Assembly (NCBI GenBank): GCA_944391345.1
Contig: CALXTE010000002.1
Coordinates: forward strand, 27,220 to 91,219
From: an uncultured Alphaproteobacteria bacterium
Lineage (GTDB): Bacteria > Pseudomonadota > Alphaproteobacteria > RF32 > CAG-239
Reading direction: 5' to 3'
Length of the DNA stretch: 64,000 nucleotides
Positions 46,496 to 55,485 of this stretch are shown piece after piece. A program made the translations under genes and the position numbers. Positions within the stretch are counted from its first letter, which is position 1. The number at the start of each line of letters is the position of its first letter. Below the pieces are notes generated by a model. That model saw only the letters and a list, made by a program, of their open reading frames with translations, was not told the origin of the DNA and ran no database searches.

Positions 46496-47649
46496 TAAAG
46501 CCTCATCCTCATTTTAGATTTTTTATCATCACCGACATTATTTTTTTCAAGAATAACGGCGGTATTTTCATTAATTTCGGGAGAAGAGACCTCGGTCTGA
46601 TCATCATCGGCCACACCGGTTGAAATAGAAATGCGTTGCGGCTGCCCGTTTTTCAAGATCCACAGCCCTTTGTCTTTATAGCGCTTTACTTCGCCGTTTT
46701 CATCTTGAATAAACACGCGCAAGGCTTTGTTCGGAACTAAAAACACGCCCTGCTTTTCGGCGGTAATAATCTGAACATTGGCTGTCATACCGGGCTTAAG
46801 CTTAAGGTCATGATTATCAATTTCAATAATCACTTCATAAGTCACAACATTTGAGGTCGTAATCGCTTCATTGCGCACTTGGGTTACGATACCATAAAAA
46901 ATTTCATCAGGATAACTGTCAACAGAAAATTCAACGGTCTGCCCTTCTTTAACCTTGGCAATATCGGCCTCAACGACAGATGTTTCGATTTGCATTTTAG
47001 TCAAATCTTCCGCCACATTAAAGAGGGTTGGCGTTTGAAAGCTCGCCGCCACGGTCTGTCCGACTTCCACTTCTTTGGAAACGACAATACCATCAACCGG
47101 AGAAACAATCTTGGTATATTTCAAATCAATTTCAGCAGAATCGAGTGCCGCTTGAGCTTGCTGAACTTCGGCTTCGCGCAGTTTTTTCTGCACTACGGCA
47201 TTATCATAATCACGTTGTGCCGATTCGAGCTCGGAGTCGGCCGAATATTTTGAGGTATTGAGTTTTTTAATACGGGACAAATGTTTTTTGTAATAAACAA
47301 TATCATTATCAACCACATTGACTTGTGCCTTGGCAATATCAAGAGCCGCCCGTCGCTGTGCGACGGTGGCTTCGAACAAGGCCGGATCAATCTGTGCCAA
47401 GAGCTGTCCCTTGGTAACTTTCGTGTTATAATCAACCAAGATTTCGGAGATTGTACCGGAAACCTGTGTACCGATATTAACGGTCGAGATAGGATTAATC
47501 GTACCTGTTGCGGTAATTTTTTCGGTAATATCGCCTTTAGCAACCTTTTGCGTCACATAAACATCAACTTGCTTATCCGGCTTAAGCGCCCAATAAGAGA
47601 CTCCGACCAACAAAACACCAACCGCCGCAACTTTAAAAATACTTTTCAT
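46495..47649 (-). CDS. macA: HlyD/MacA-family periplasmic adaptor
   Basis: N-terminal anchor, coiled-coil hairpin and beta-barrel pattern. First gene of the efflux operon. Confidence 0.8.
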   Translation of the reverse strand: MKSIFKVAAVGVLLVGVSYWALKPDKQVDVYVTQKVAKGDITEKITATGTINPISTVNIGTQVSGTISEILVDYNTKVTKGQLLAQIDPALFEATVAQRRAALDIAKAQVNVVDNDIVYYKKHLSRIKKLNTSKYSADSELESAQRDYDNAVVQKKLREAEVQQAQAALDSAEIDLKYTKIVSPVDGIVVSKEVEVGQTVAASFQTPTLFNVAEDLTKMQIETSVVEADIAKVKEGQTVEFSVDSYPDEIFYGIVTQVRNEAITTSNVVTYEVIIEIDNHDLKLKPGMTANVQIITAEKQGVFLVPNKALRVFIQDENGEVKRYKDKGLWILKNGQPQRISISTGVADDDQTEVSSPEINENTAVILEKNNVGDDKKSKMRMRL

Positions 47650-47782
47650 TTTTCAGCCAATTCAACAGGTTAATCCAAATAAAAGAAAAAAAAACGACTT
47701 TTTAGAAAAAAGTCCTTGCCACAAACCGTTTTTTTGTCTATAATCCATATGATAACGTATAATTCTTAAAAATTTTATAATT

Positions 47783-48409
47783 ATGAAAGAAAAAAAATCA
47801 CAGACAGAGTTGCAACATGAAAAAGAAATTCAGGAAAAGAAGAAATATCTTTTTGAATTAAACTCAAAACTGAGTTTAGCTCTAAAAGATTATAAGCTTC
47901 TGACACCGGAATTGATTTCTCAAGTAACGGAAGCCCTAAAAATTGATGACTATGAAGAATGCCGCGATGCCTACCTTCATGTTATCAACACTTGCTTCCA
48001 GTTCGAAGCAACCAAAATTAAGGCCTCAGTTGGCATCAACAAAGACGAAAGAATTGACAACATCATCAAGACAACCGCAGGATTTTTCTTGATTGATGTC
48101 ATCAAAACATTAAAAATCGTCGAATTCGGCCTGATTTTATCAATAACGACCACCGGACAATACATCAGCAACACAATGCTGAATGTACTGGAACAAGTTG
48201 CCGATGAAATCAAGAGCAAAGGCTACAATGAGATAATAGCTCGAGAACTCAAGCATTATCTCGAAATTGGCGGCATGATTCAGCCGGGTGATAAGGAAAT
48301 GACACCTTTTACCCCGCAGAAAAAAGAAAGGCTCAAAAAGCTGGTAAAACTCTACTCCTCCGAATTTGACGGACGCTTGTTATCCGACATGAGTGGAGAA
48401 GAAGTCTAA
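47783..48409 (+). CDS. hypothetical protein (orphan, AT-rich)
   Basis: Long ORF with its own AT-rich upstream region and a hairpin terminator (about 48418-48455). No motif was recognised. Confidence 0.4.
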   Translation: MKEKKSQTELQHEKEIQEKKKYLFELNSKLSLALKDYKLLTPELISQVTEALKIDDYEECRDAYLHVINTCFQFEATKIKASVGINKDERIDNIIKTTAGFFLIDVIKTLKIVEFGLILSITTTGQYISNTMLNVLEQVADEIKSKGYNEIIARELKHYLEIGGMIQPGDKEMTPFTPQKKERLKKLVKLYSSEFDGRLLSDMSGEEV

Positions 48410-48531
48410 AGCACAAAAAACCTTGACCTTTGACACAACAAAGCTCAAGGTTTTTTGTATTTAAATTTTGTTTGCAAAAAGCACCAAAACATGCTAAAAA
48501 AGAAAAAGCTAAATATTAAAAATATATAATT

Positions 48532-49473
48532 ATGGAAAAAACATTAAAGTTAAAAAACGTAACGCGAAGAATATTCCGTTATCTGGAGTTAGAAAAAAAC
48601 TATACGCCGGATGAATTGTTCAGCTTTTTGCTGGAAGCAGACAACAAAGAAAAAACAATTATTAACGAGATTAAGACTCGCCTGAGCAAAGTAAAGCTTT
48701 ATAAACGCGTGCAGGATATGACCCAAAGAATTGGCTCTGAAGCTCCCGAGATTTTAGTGCACGCCGCCAAAGAACAGTGGAAAAAAATTGTCAACAATAC
48801 GGAAACCATCCCCAGCAATAAAGCAATTAAAACCTCGGCCGACTTTCACTTGTTAATAAAGGCGCTAAGCTCTTATGAAACTTTGTTTCCGCGAATGCTG
48901 AACAGGCTCTACCAAGATGTAGACTTTGAGGCCGCCCTGCATGAAATGGATAAAACCATACTTGTAGGCAGGATATATGACGAACGGCGTCTTTATCTGC
49001 AACAAACCATCAAGCATCTGCAATTCATCCAAAAGCACAAGCTCAATCTGCGCTATGACCATTTGCTACAGTTAAAACTGGCACTTAATCCGGAATTTTC
49101 GGATGAGATTGAGATTTTTCAAGCCCAGACGGATTTGCTCATCGGCACCTACGGCGCAAGTAATGACCCGCGAATAACCACCGCTTCAAAAGATATTTGC
49201 TACAAATTCATTGAAGCCATATTCAACAAACATAACTTGCTCTCAGGAAAACTGATTATCTTCCCGTTTTTAGGCGGATGGATAAGCTTGGAAACGCATG
49301 ACTTGTTGATTCATAACAAAGCGGCGCTAACCAAATACGGTTTGAACGAACTTGTCTTTTACCAGACTCTACCTTTGTATAAAGGGGTAGAAAAAAAGAT
49401 TGCTCAAGGAAAAGAGCTTTCATCATCCGACAAATACGTTCTTTCGCTTTACAAACACTTCCGCAAGGATTAA
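48532..49473 (+). CDS. hypothetical protein (orphan, AT-rich)
   Basis: Long ORF followed by the terminator GAGCTCAGTTT-ttga-AACTGAGCTC plus a T-run (about 49483-49515). Confidence 0.4.
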   Translation: MEKTLKLKNVTRRIFRYLELEKNYTPDELFSFLLEADNKEKTIINEIKTRLSKVKLYKRVQDMTQRIGSEAPEILVHAAKEQWKKIVNNTETIPSNKAIKTSADFHLLIKALSSYETLFPRMLNRLYQDVDFEAALHEMDKTILVGRIYDERRLYLQQTIKHLQFIQKHKLNLRYDHLLQLKLALNPEFSDEIEIFQAQTDLLIGTYGASNDPRITTASKDICYKFIEAIFNKHNLLSGKLIIFPFLGGWISLETHDLLIHNKAALTKYGLNELVFYQTLPLYKGVEKKIAQGKELSSSDKYVLSLYKHFRKD

Positions 49474-49547
49474 ACAAAAAAAGAGCTCAGTTTTTGAAAC
49501 TGAGCTCTTTTTTTTCACCACACTTTCACCTTTCTTAAAAATGCCTG

Positions 49548-49576
49548 TTGCAAGTAAATTGAATTTATGATATATT
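49548..49576 (+). promoter_or_regulatory. sigma70-type promoter of the A2-B2 cassette
   Basis: TTGCAA-N17-TATATT. The leader is conserved with the A1 cassette. Confidence 0.55.
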
Positions 49577-49610
49577 AGATTCGTGAAGACAAGCTAAGAA
49601 AGGTGATATT

Positions 49611-50513
49611 ATGTTAAATTCGCGGAATTATGCGGTTTTGACCGTAATGCTGTCGGCGGCGGGATTGTTGCCGATGAGCGCAATGGCTAATATTTCTTTT
49701 GCCGAGGGTGGAGAACGACTTATCAACACACTTCACACACACCTCTATTCTCCGTCCTTGGGCTTGTCTTCTTCTGATGAGATTAAATTAGCGGCAGTCT
49801 GTTTTATTAATGATACGGCGGCTTGTTCTGATGCGATGTTCGGCGGCAACGGCAATGTCAATGATATGCCGAATTTTAATATGAATCCCCAAGAGCGTTG
49901 TTTTAATGAAGGTTTTACCGTCAGCGAATGTCCTGAGTGGTATGCCCCTAGGGGAAAGAAATGTCCATACGGTCCTTATTATTCAGATTGTATTTCAACT
50001 TGCCCAAGCAGTTATGTAACTTGCGAAGAACCTTATGTCGGTGTTGGTGAGGCTTGTGACGGCAGATATGCGTCTTGCACCTGCACCCCTTGCGGCTCGG
50101 AATATACCGAAACCGAGATTCCTGCCGGATATGAACAACTTGGCGAGCCTTGTTTGGATTGTGACGGACAAACCAAATATCAGGTTGTGGCGGCAGCTTG
50201 CGAGGGCTTCCAAATTTGCGGAGATTTAGGACCAACCACGGGGACGGAAACTTGTTTGTCCGGCACTACAACCCTTTATAAAGAATGTAAAACTTGCGAC
50301 AACAACGGCACATTATCAAGCTGCCCCGAAGGCTATGATTGCGCCTTTGAGGACTGTTCGGGTAAATGGTATATCACCGGCTGTGCGGTGAATTATGACA
50401 ATTATTGCACTGCCCCGATAACTGATTGCGCGACATTGGGCTATAAGTCGACGAGTTGCAGCGGCAGAGCTTTGAAATGTCCATATAACAGCGCGTTTAT
50501 GCTGTGCTTATAA
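49611..50513 (+). CDS. secreted, extremely Cys-rich protein, copy A2
   Basis: Signal peptide. It is collinear with A1 (LHTHLY, AAVCFIND, ERCFNEGF, KKCPYGPYYS, CDGxYASCTCTPCG) and carries an extra C-terminal CATLGY module. Confidence 0.65.
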   Translation: MLNSRNYAVLTVMLSAAGLLPMSAMANISFAEGGERLINTLHTHLYSPSLGLSSSDEIKLAAVCFINDTAACSDAMFGGNGNVNDMPNFNMNPQERCFNEGFTVSECPEWYAPRGKKCPYGPYYSDCISTCPSSYVTCEEPYVGVGEACDGRYASCTCTPCGSEYTETEIPAGYEQLGEPCLDCDGQTKYQVVAAACEGFQICGDLGPTTGTETCLSGTTTLYKECKTCDNNGTLSSCPEGYDCAFEDCSGKWYITGCAVNYDNYCTAPITDCATLGYKSTSCSGRALKCPYNSAFMLCL

Positions 50514-50529
50514 CAAGAAGGAGGAGAAA

Positions 50530-51459
50530 ATGAGAAAATTAATCTTAATGACAAGCGCGGCAGTTATTGCGCCGATAAGCGCCATTGCCCAAACCCCGAC
50601 TTGTACCGCCACACCGGATTGCGCAAGCCTTGGCTATACCGAAGCTTCTTGCCCAAACGGCGGCGTTAAATGCCCTTGGGGAAACACGTGGTTTTGTTCC
50701 TCAAGTGAAACAGAAATCTGTTCAAAATATGGATTTAAATACACCTGCACCGGCAACGGCTATTCCGGCGGCACTGGGGGAGCTTGTATGGGCAAATATG
50801 CTTCTTGTACTTGTGCCGACGGATATGAATGGAAAAATGGAAGCTGCAGCGAACTGCAGTGGGGGAAGTGTACCGGACTAGCTGCTAACTGCTCGCTTGG
50901 AGATATCTTATTCAGCGACGGTACTTGCAGCGCGAATAAAGTATCGGGCAAGACGCCGATAGCGGTTGTGGTTTATAAATCCGGCAAATGCGGACAGGCG
51001 ATGGCATTAAATCCGGTCTATGGCGGCACGTGGTATCAGTGGTCAACGGAATATGTCAATATCTCGAGCTTGACGGACTATACATCAGAAACAGAGGCAT
51101 CACAAGACTTTGCAAGTTGTGAGAATAGTGCAAAGATAAGAGCACAAGGAGATAGCAGTACCTATCCGGCAGTATGGGCAGCGTATAATTATACAACAAC
51201 AGGAACGAAGGTCGGAGTTTGGTGCTTACCGGCGGCAGGAATATTGACCTCAATAAAGAATAACCAAAGCACTATAAACACGGGATTCAGCCGAGCCGGT
51301 GGGATACAATTCACATCTATCTCACCCGAAACCTACGCTTGGTCGTCGTCTGAGTACAGCTCTTACACCGCGTGGTACTCACATTTTGGCGATAGCTACG
51401 GTTTGGGCACTAGCTATAAGAGCATTGAACAGGTGGTCCGCCCCGTAATTGAGTTTTAG
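50530..51459 (+). CDS. secreted Cys-rich protein with DUF1566-like domain, copy B2
   Basis: Signal peptide, WCLPAAGIL, and YAWSSSEY...AWY...VVRPVIEF (DUF1566-like C-terminus). Confidence 0.65.
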   Translation: MRKLILMTSAAVIAPISAIAQTPTCTATPDCASLGYTEASCPNGGVKCPWGNTWFCSSSETEICSKYGFKYTCTGNGYSGGTGGACMGKYASCTCADGYEWKNGSCSELQWGKCTGLAANCSLGDILFSDGTCSANKVSGKTPIAVVVYKSGKCGQAMALNPVYGGTWYQWSTEYVNISSLTDYTSETEASQDFASCENSAKIRAQGDSSTYPAVWAAYNYTTTGTKVGVWCLPAAGILTSIKNNQSTINTGFSRAGGIQFTSISPETYAWSSSEYSSYTAWYSHFGDSYGLGTSYKSIEQVVRPVIEF

Positions 51460-51536
51460 GTTTTAATCTCGTTTGACGAAACAAAGAACCTCCGTTGGAA
51501 TAATCCAACGGAGGCTCTTTCACTTAAACAAAAACT

Positions 51537-51677
51537 TTATTGCAGTTCAAACATATCTTTGCCGACACCGCACAATGGGCAGAGCCAGTCTTCCGGCAGT
51601 TCCTCAAACGGAACATCGCCGTCATAAACATAACCGCACACCGTGCAGACCCATTTTTTTCCAGCATTATCAGCCAT
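51537..51677 (-). CDS. rub: rubredoxin (46 aa; below the ORF-track cutoff)
   Basis: Translation is [46 protein letters not shown], with two CxxCG knuckles. The start overlaps the upstream gene's stop (ATGGCTGA). Confidence 0.85.
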   Translation of the reverse strand: MADNAGKKWVCTVCGYVYDGDVPFEELPEDWLCPLCGVGKDMFELQ

Positions 51678-52200
51678 TTTGCTTCTCCTTTTCTTGCTGT
51701 TGACGATAATTGTTAAAACTTTTCATAACCTCATCTTTGAAATAAGCACGATATTCGCCATAAGTCAGCGGCTCACCGATTTCGCATTTTTGACAATCTT
51801 CAACCTCCGCCAAAAACAAAGTATTACTTTCATAAACCTTTGTTTCAATCACGCGCGCTTTTACCTCGGCCAAATTCCCTTTCAGATAAGGCAAACCATC
51901 TTTTGCAATATAATCAACCAAAGCCCATTTATCAACCGTTCGACTGGTCTGAAAACCAAAATCAGCCACCACAAAAGGGTCAACATTTTTGCTGATGACC
52001 GAGATTGAAAATTCTTTGGTCTTTTCGATACATTCTTTGGTATAACTGCGATTATGACAAGACAAAGCAATAATCAGCGGCTTATTGGCAACCTGCATAA
52101 CCCCGTCGACAATACTGCCGCAAAACCGATTCTGCGCCTCATCTTTCGCGCCCAAAACATAAATCCCGTGGGTTAAGCAGAATAACGCTGTCTCATCCAT
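51670..52200 (-). CDS. flavin reductase-like FMN-binding domain protein
   Basis: The pattern [11 protein letters not shown]...[12 protein letters not shown]...ALSCH is typical of the flavin reductase-like domain. It is coupled to rubredoxin. Confidence 0.55.
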   Translation of the reverse strand: MDETALFCLTHGIYVLGAKDEAQNRFCGSIVDGVMQVANKPLIIALSCHNRSYTKECIEKTKEFSISVISKNVDPFVVADFGFQTSRTVDKWALVDYIAKDGLPYLKGNLAEVKARVIETKVYESNTLFLAEVEDCQKCEIGEPLTYGEYRAYFKDEVMKSFNNYRQQQEKEKQNG

Positions 52201-52221
52201 TGTCTTCCTCCTTTTGATAGA

Positions 52222-52431
52222 TTAATAATGCGGCGGCGGAGTTTCTTCGCTCAAAGGCTTGACCGTATCTTGCGCCATGCTTTCAAGCATAAGCTTAAGC
52301 TGACGACAAAGAGCATCAATCTCCTTCCCCTGAGCGATGACAACTTGATTCAAGTCATCAAGCTCTTTTTCCTGACAAGCAAGAGCCGATTCAATATTTA
52401 TCAGCCGCTCTTCTAATTCTTCTTTAATCAT
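52222..52431 (-). CDS. slyX: SlyX-family protein
   Basis: 69 aa coiled coil, LEERLINIESALACQEKELDDLNQVV, matching the SlyX pattern. Confidence 0.6.
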   Translation of the reverse strand: MIKEELEERLINIESALACQEKELDDLNQVVIAQGKEIDALCRQLKLMLESMAQDTVKPLSEETPPPHY

Positions 52432-52504
52432 AAAAAAAACCTGTTATAATCAGTTCATCAATGTTTTTTAATATAATATATGATTTTAGATTTTACAACA
52501 AAAT

Positions 52505-54061
52505 ATGACTTCGGAAATTGAAATAACGCCTGAATTTCAGCAAGCACTTGATATCATTAACAAAACCGACAAGCACTTGTTCATAACCGGAAAAGCCGGC
52601 AGCGGAAAGTCAACTCTTTTAGACTATTGCTACAAGCATTGCCCCAAAGATTTGGTTTTGCTGGCACCGACCGGCGTTGCCGCTCTGAATATCAAGGGCC
52701 AAACAATTCACCGCTTTTTTAATTTTCCGATAAACGTGACGGTAGAAAAAATTCAAAGCCTTGAGGTAAAACCCCGCAGCTTAGGAATCTTCCGCAATCT
52801 GGATACGATTTTTATTGATGAAGTTTCCATGCTGCGCGCCGACTTGCTGGATTGTATTGACGCTTTTTTACAAATCTATGGCCCCAAGCCCGAAAGCACC
52901 TTTGGCGGCGTGCAAATGGTTTTTGTCGGAGACATGTTTCAGCTACCTCCGGTTGTAACCAATGACGAACAAACTTTATTTGCCAGCCGTTACCGCTCGC
53001 CTTATTTTTTTGACGCCAAGGTGTTTCAACAAATTGAACCCGAGATTGTCGAGCTCAAACACATCTACCGCCAAAAAGATACGGAATTTATCACTTTGCT
53101 CAACCGCATCCGCAACAATTTGGCAGACAGCACCGACCTCGCCCGACTAAACCAACAAACATCAGCCTCGCTAAACGACGACATTTTTTCAATCCACTTA
53201 ACCACCACCAATGCCCAAGCTGATGAAATTAATCAAACACGGCTTGACGCCCTGCCCAGTCCGCAGCATACAGCAAAAGCCAATATTGAAGGAACATTCG
53301 GCAAAGAATATTTTCCGACGGCAGAAGATTTGACTTTCAAAATCGGCGCTCAAATCATGTTTTTGAATAACGACGCCAAAAACCGCTGGGTCAATGGCTC
53401 TGTCGGCCATATTGAGGATATAAAAACCGATTCGGAAGGCAACACAACGCTCAAAGTCCGCCTGAAAGAAAATGCCAAATCCGTACGCGTCCAGCCCTAT
53501 ACCTGGGAGATTTTTCAATACAAAAAAGATGGCGACCGCATTATATCGGAATCTGTCGGCTCTTTCACACAGTTTCCGTTTCGCTTGGCTTGGGCGATTA
53601 CCATTCACAAAAGCCAAGGAAAAACCTTTGACCATGTTGAAATCGACATGGGGCGCGGTGCATTTTCTGCCGGACAACTTTATGTCGCCTTAAGCCGTTG
53701 CACTTCCTTAAACGGTATAAGGCTGACCCGCCCGATAAAACCGCAAGACATTTTCACAGACTTCCGCATTTTAGAATTTATCAACCGCTATACACCGCTG
53801 GAACAACAAGAACCATTATCCGCCTACAACAAACACCAAATGCTGGAAGACGCCATTCGCACCCGCCAAAAACTTGAGGTATTATACCAGCGCGCCGACG
53901 GCAACAAAACCCGACGCGTTATTGTTCCGCTGCATATAAGAGGAGAGCTTCTGTTAGCTTATTGCACCGAGCGCGGCGCACAGCGGTCGTTTATGATTGA
54001 CCGCCTGCTTGCCTTACGCCCGAATAATGAAGCAATCCCTGCGGAAGCAATTAAGCTTTGA
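52505..54061 (+). CDS. Pif1/RecD-like SF1B helicase with C-terminal WYL domain
   Basis: Walker A GKAGSGKST, DEVSM, FVGDMFQLPPV and AITIHKSQG. The C-terminal LEVLYQRADGNKTRRVIVPLHI...SFMIDRL is WYL-like. Confidence 0.8.
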   Translation: MTSEIEITPEFQQALDIINKTDKHLFITGKAGSGKSTLLDYCYKHCPKDLVLLAPTGVAALNIKGQTIHRFFNFPINVTVEKIQSLEVKPRSLGIFRNLDTIFIDEVSMLRADLLDCIDAFLQIYGPKPESTFGGVQMVFVGDMFQLPPVVTNDEQTLFASRYRSPYFFDAKVFQQIEPEIVELKHIYRQKDTEFITLLNRIRNNLADSTDLARLNQQTSASLNDDIFSIHLTTTNAQADEINQTRLDALPSPQHTAKANIEGTFGKEYFPTAEDLTFKIGAQIMFLNNDAKNRWVNGSVGHIEDIKTDSEGNTTLKVRLKENAKSVRVQPYTWEIFQYKKDGDRIISESVGSFTQFPFRLAWAITIHKSQGKTFDHVEIDMGRGAFSAGQLYVALSRCTSLNGIRLTRPIKPQDIFTDFRILEFINRYTPLEQQEPLSAYNKHQMLEDAIRTRQKLEVLYQRADGNKTRRVIVPLHIRGELLLAYCTERGAQRSFMIDRLLALRPNNEAIPAEAIKL

Positions 54062-55031
54062 GCCTGATTTTATCACCGTAAATTGCGGCAAATCCGCCAA
54101 CCGGAAGGGTCAAAAGCGGAGTAGAATGCCCGAAATCGACATTGGCAACGGCCGGCAGTTTTGACAACGGAGCAACATTCTTCAAAATATATTCTAATTG
54201 ATCGCGCGTTACCTTTGAGCCTTTCTGAAAACGCCCGATAATTAAGCCCTTAACATTTTTGAAATCCGGCTGATAGCTCAAGGCAGTTAAATTACGCATA
54301 AAGGTAAAAATGCTAGCCTCAGACGTATCTTCAACAAACAAAATCGTATCTTGTTCAAAAGCCGGACGATACTCTGTTCCAAGCAAAAGATTAAATGTTC
54401 CGAGGTTGCCGCCAAGCAATGTTCCTTCGGCTTTGCCTTCGTTCAACACCCAATAGCCCTCATTTTTAATAAATTCGCGCTTTTCTTGGTCAATAAACCA
54501 CAAATCATCGCTCCATTCGGCAGACGGCACAACCTCATTCTGCCCGTCTTTCATCAGCATTTTAACCATATTTTCAATCGTGTATTCACAACCTTTGAGC
54601 ATACCGATAGAGCTCAAATGCGGCCCTGAAAATGTGACCAGTCCGGTCTTTGCATAAATCGCATCAAGCAAAGCCGTAATATCAGAAAAACCGCAAAAGA
54701 TTTTCGGATTCTGCTTAATCACCTCAAAATCCAGATAAGGCAAAATCTGATTGCTGTTAAACCCGCCGATCATGGTAAAAATCGCTTTAACCTTGTTATC
54801 TTTGAAAGCTTCCATAATATCGGCAGCTCTTTTTTCGGGAGAGGTTGTTCCGAGCATATCAAAATTTTCATCTATGGCATTCGTTGCATAAGTAACTTTA
54901 AGCCCCAAATCGGCAAAACGCTTTTCAGCAATTTCGCGCACATCTTTTCCAATAATTTTAATACCGCGTGACGGCGCCACGATTCTAATTTCATCTCCGG
55001 CCTTCAGTCTCTCGGGAACAATTTTTTGCAT
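54051..55031 (-). CDS. ldcA: LD-carboxypeptidase (peptidase S66, LdcA/MccF-like)
   Basis: GDEIRIVAPS N-terminus, the GFSDITAL nucleophile-Ser motif, and a C-terminal FGH. Confidence 0.8.
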   Translation of the reverse strand: MQKIVPERLKAGDEIRIVAPSRGIKIIGKDVREIAEKRFADLGLKVTYATNAIDENFDMLGTTSPEKRAADIMEAFKDNKVKAIFTMIGGFNSNQILPYLDFEVIKQNPKIFCGFSDITALLDAIYAKTGLVTFSGPHLSSIGMLKGCEYTIENMVKMLMKDGQNEVVPSAEWSDDLWFIDQEKREFIKNEGYWVLNEGKAEGTLLGGNLGTFNLLLGTEYRPAFEQDTILFVEDTSEASIFTFMRNLTALSYQPDFKNVKGLIIGRFQKGSKVTRDQLEYILKNVAPLSKLPAVANVDFGHSTPLLTLPVGGFAAIYGDKIRLKA

Positions 55032-55069
55032 AACTTTCTCCTCCGATTTATAAAAAACTTTTTTAACGC

Positions 55070-55097
55070 TTGCAATTTTTCAGAATGAAGATATTAT
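55070..55097 (+). promoter_or_regulatory. umuDC promoter
   Basis: TTGCAA-N16-TATTAT, immediately upstream of the SOS box. Confidence 0.5.
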
Positions 55098-55099
55098 AA

Positions 55100-55114
55100 G
55101 AACAAAACAAGAAC
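55100..55114 (+). promoter_or_regulatory. alphaproteobacterial-type LexA (SOS) box GAAC-N7-GAAC
   Basis: GAACAAAACAAGAAC lies between the -10 box and the umuD RBS. Confidence 0.6.
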
Positions 55115-55134
55115 CTTGTCAAGGAGAATTTGCA

Positions 55135-55485
55135 ATGTCCTTCGGCTCTCCAGCTGAAAATTATGCCGAGGCGGCGCTTGACCTCAACCGCCTTCTGATT
55201 AAGCATCCGTCCGGCACCTACTTTTTGCGAATGGAAGGCAACGCCATGGAAAAAGAAGGCATTTTTGACGGCGATATCTTGATTGTCGATCGCGCCCTTG
55301 ACGCCGGCCACAACAAGATTATTATCGGCGAGCTTAATAATTCCCTAACAATCCGCAAGTTTTTAATCAAAGACGGCAAAAGTTATTTGACAAACGGCGA
55401 TACCCCACCCCAGCTCATCAAACCAAACGATAACTTTTCGCTTTGGGGCGTGGTAACTTATACGATTCGGAGCTTTGAAAAATAA
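55135..55485 (+). CDS. umuD: UmuD'-like protein (S24 fold; N-terminally pre-truncated; Ser/Lys dyad not conserved)
   Basis: MSFGSPAENYAEAALDLNRLLIKHPSGTYFLRMEGNAMEKEGIFDGDILIVD aligns with E. coli UmuD from Gly25 onward. GDSM is replaced by GNAM, and VKK by IRK. Confidence 0.75.
   Translation: MSFGSPAENYAEAALDLNRLLIKHPSGTYFLRMEGNAMEKEGIFDGDILIVDRALDAGHNKIIIGELNNSLTIRKFLIKDGKSYLTNGDTPPQLIKPNDNFSLWGVVTYTIRSFEK

Noticed and set aside
51473-51703. 76-aa plus-strand ORF
   Set aside because: It is antisense to the clearly recognisable rubredoxin gene and spans a terminator hairpin (51488-51520), so it is spurious.
54051-54061. 11-nt convergent overlap of the Pif1-like helicase and ldcA 3' ends
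   Set aside because: This is a real geometric feature but most likely a trivial stop-region overlap. No hairpin or regulatory structure is evident.
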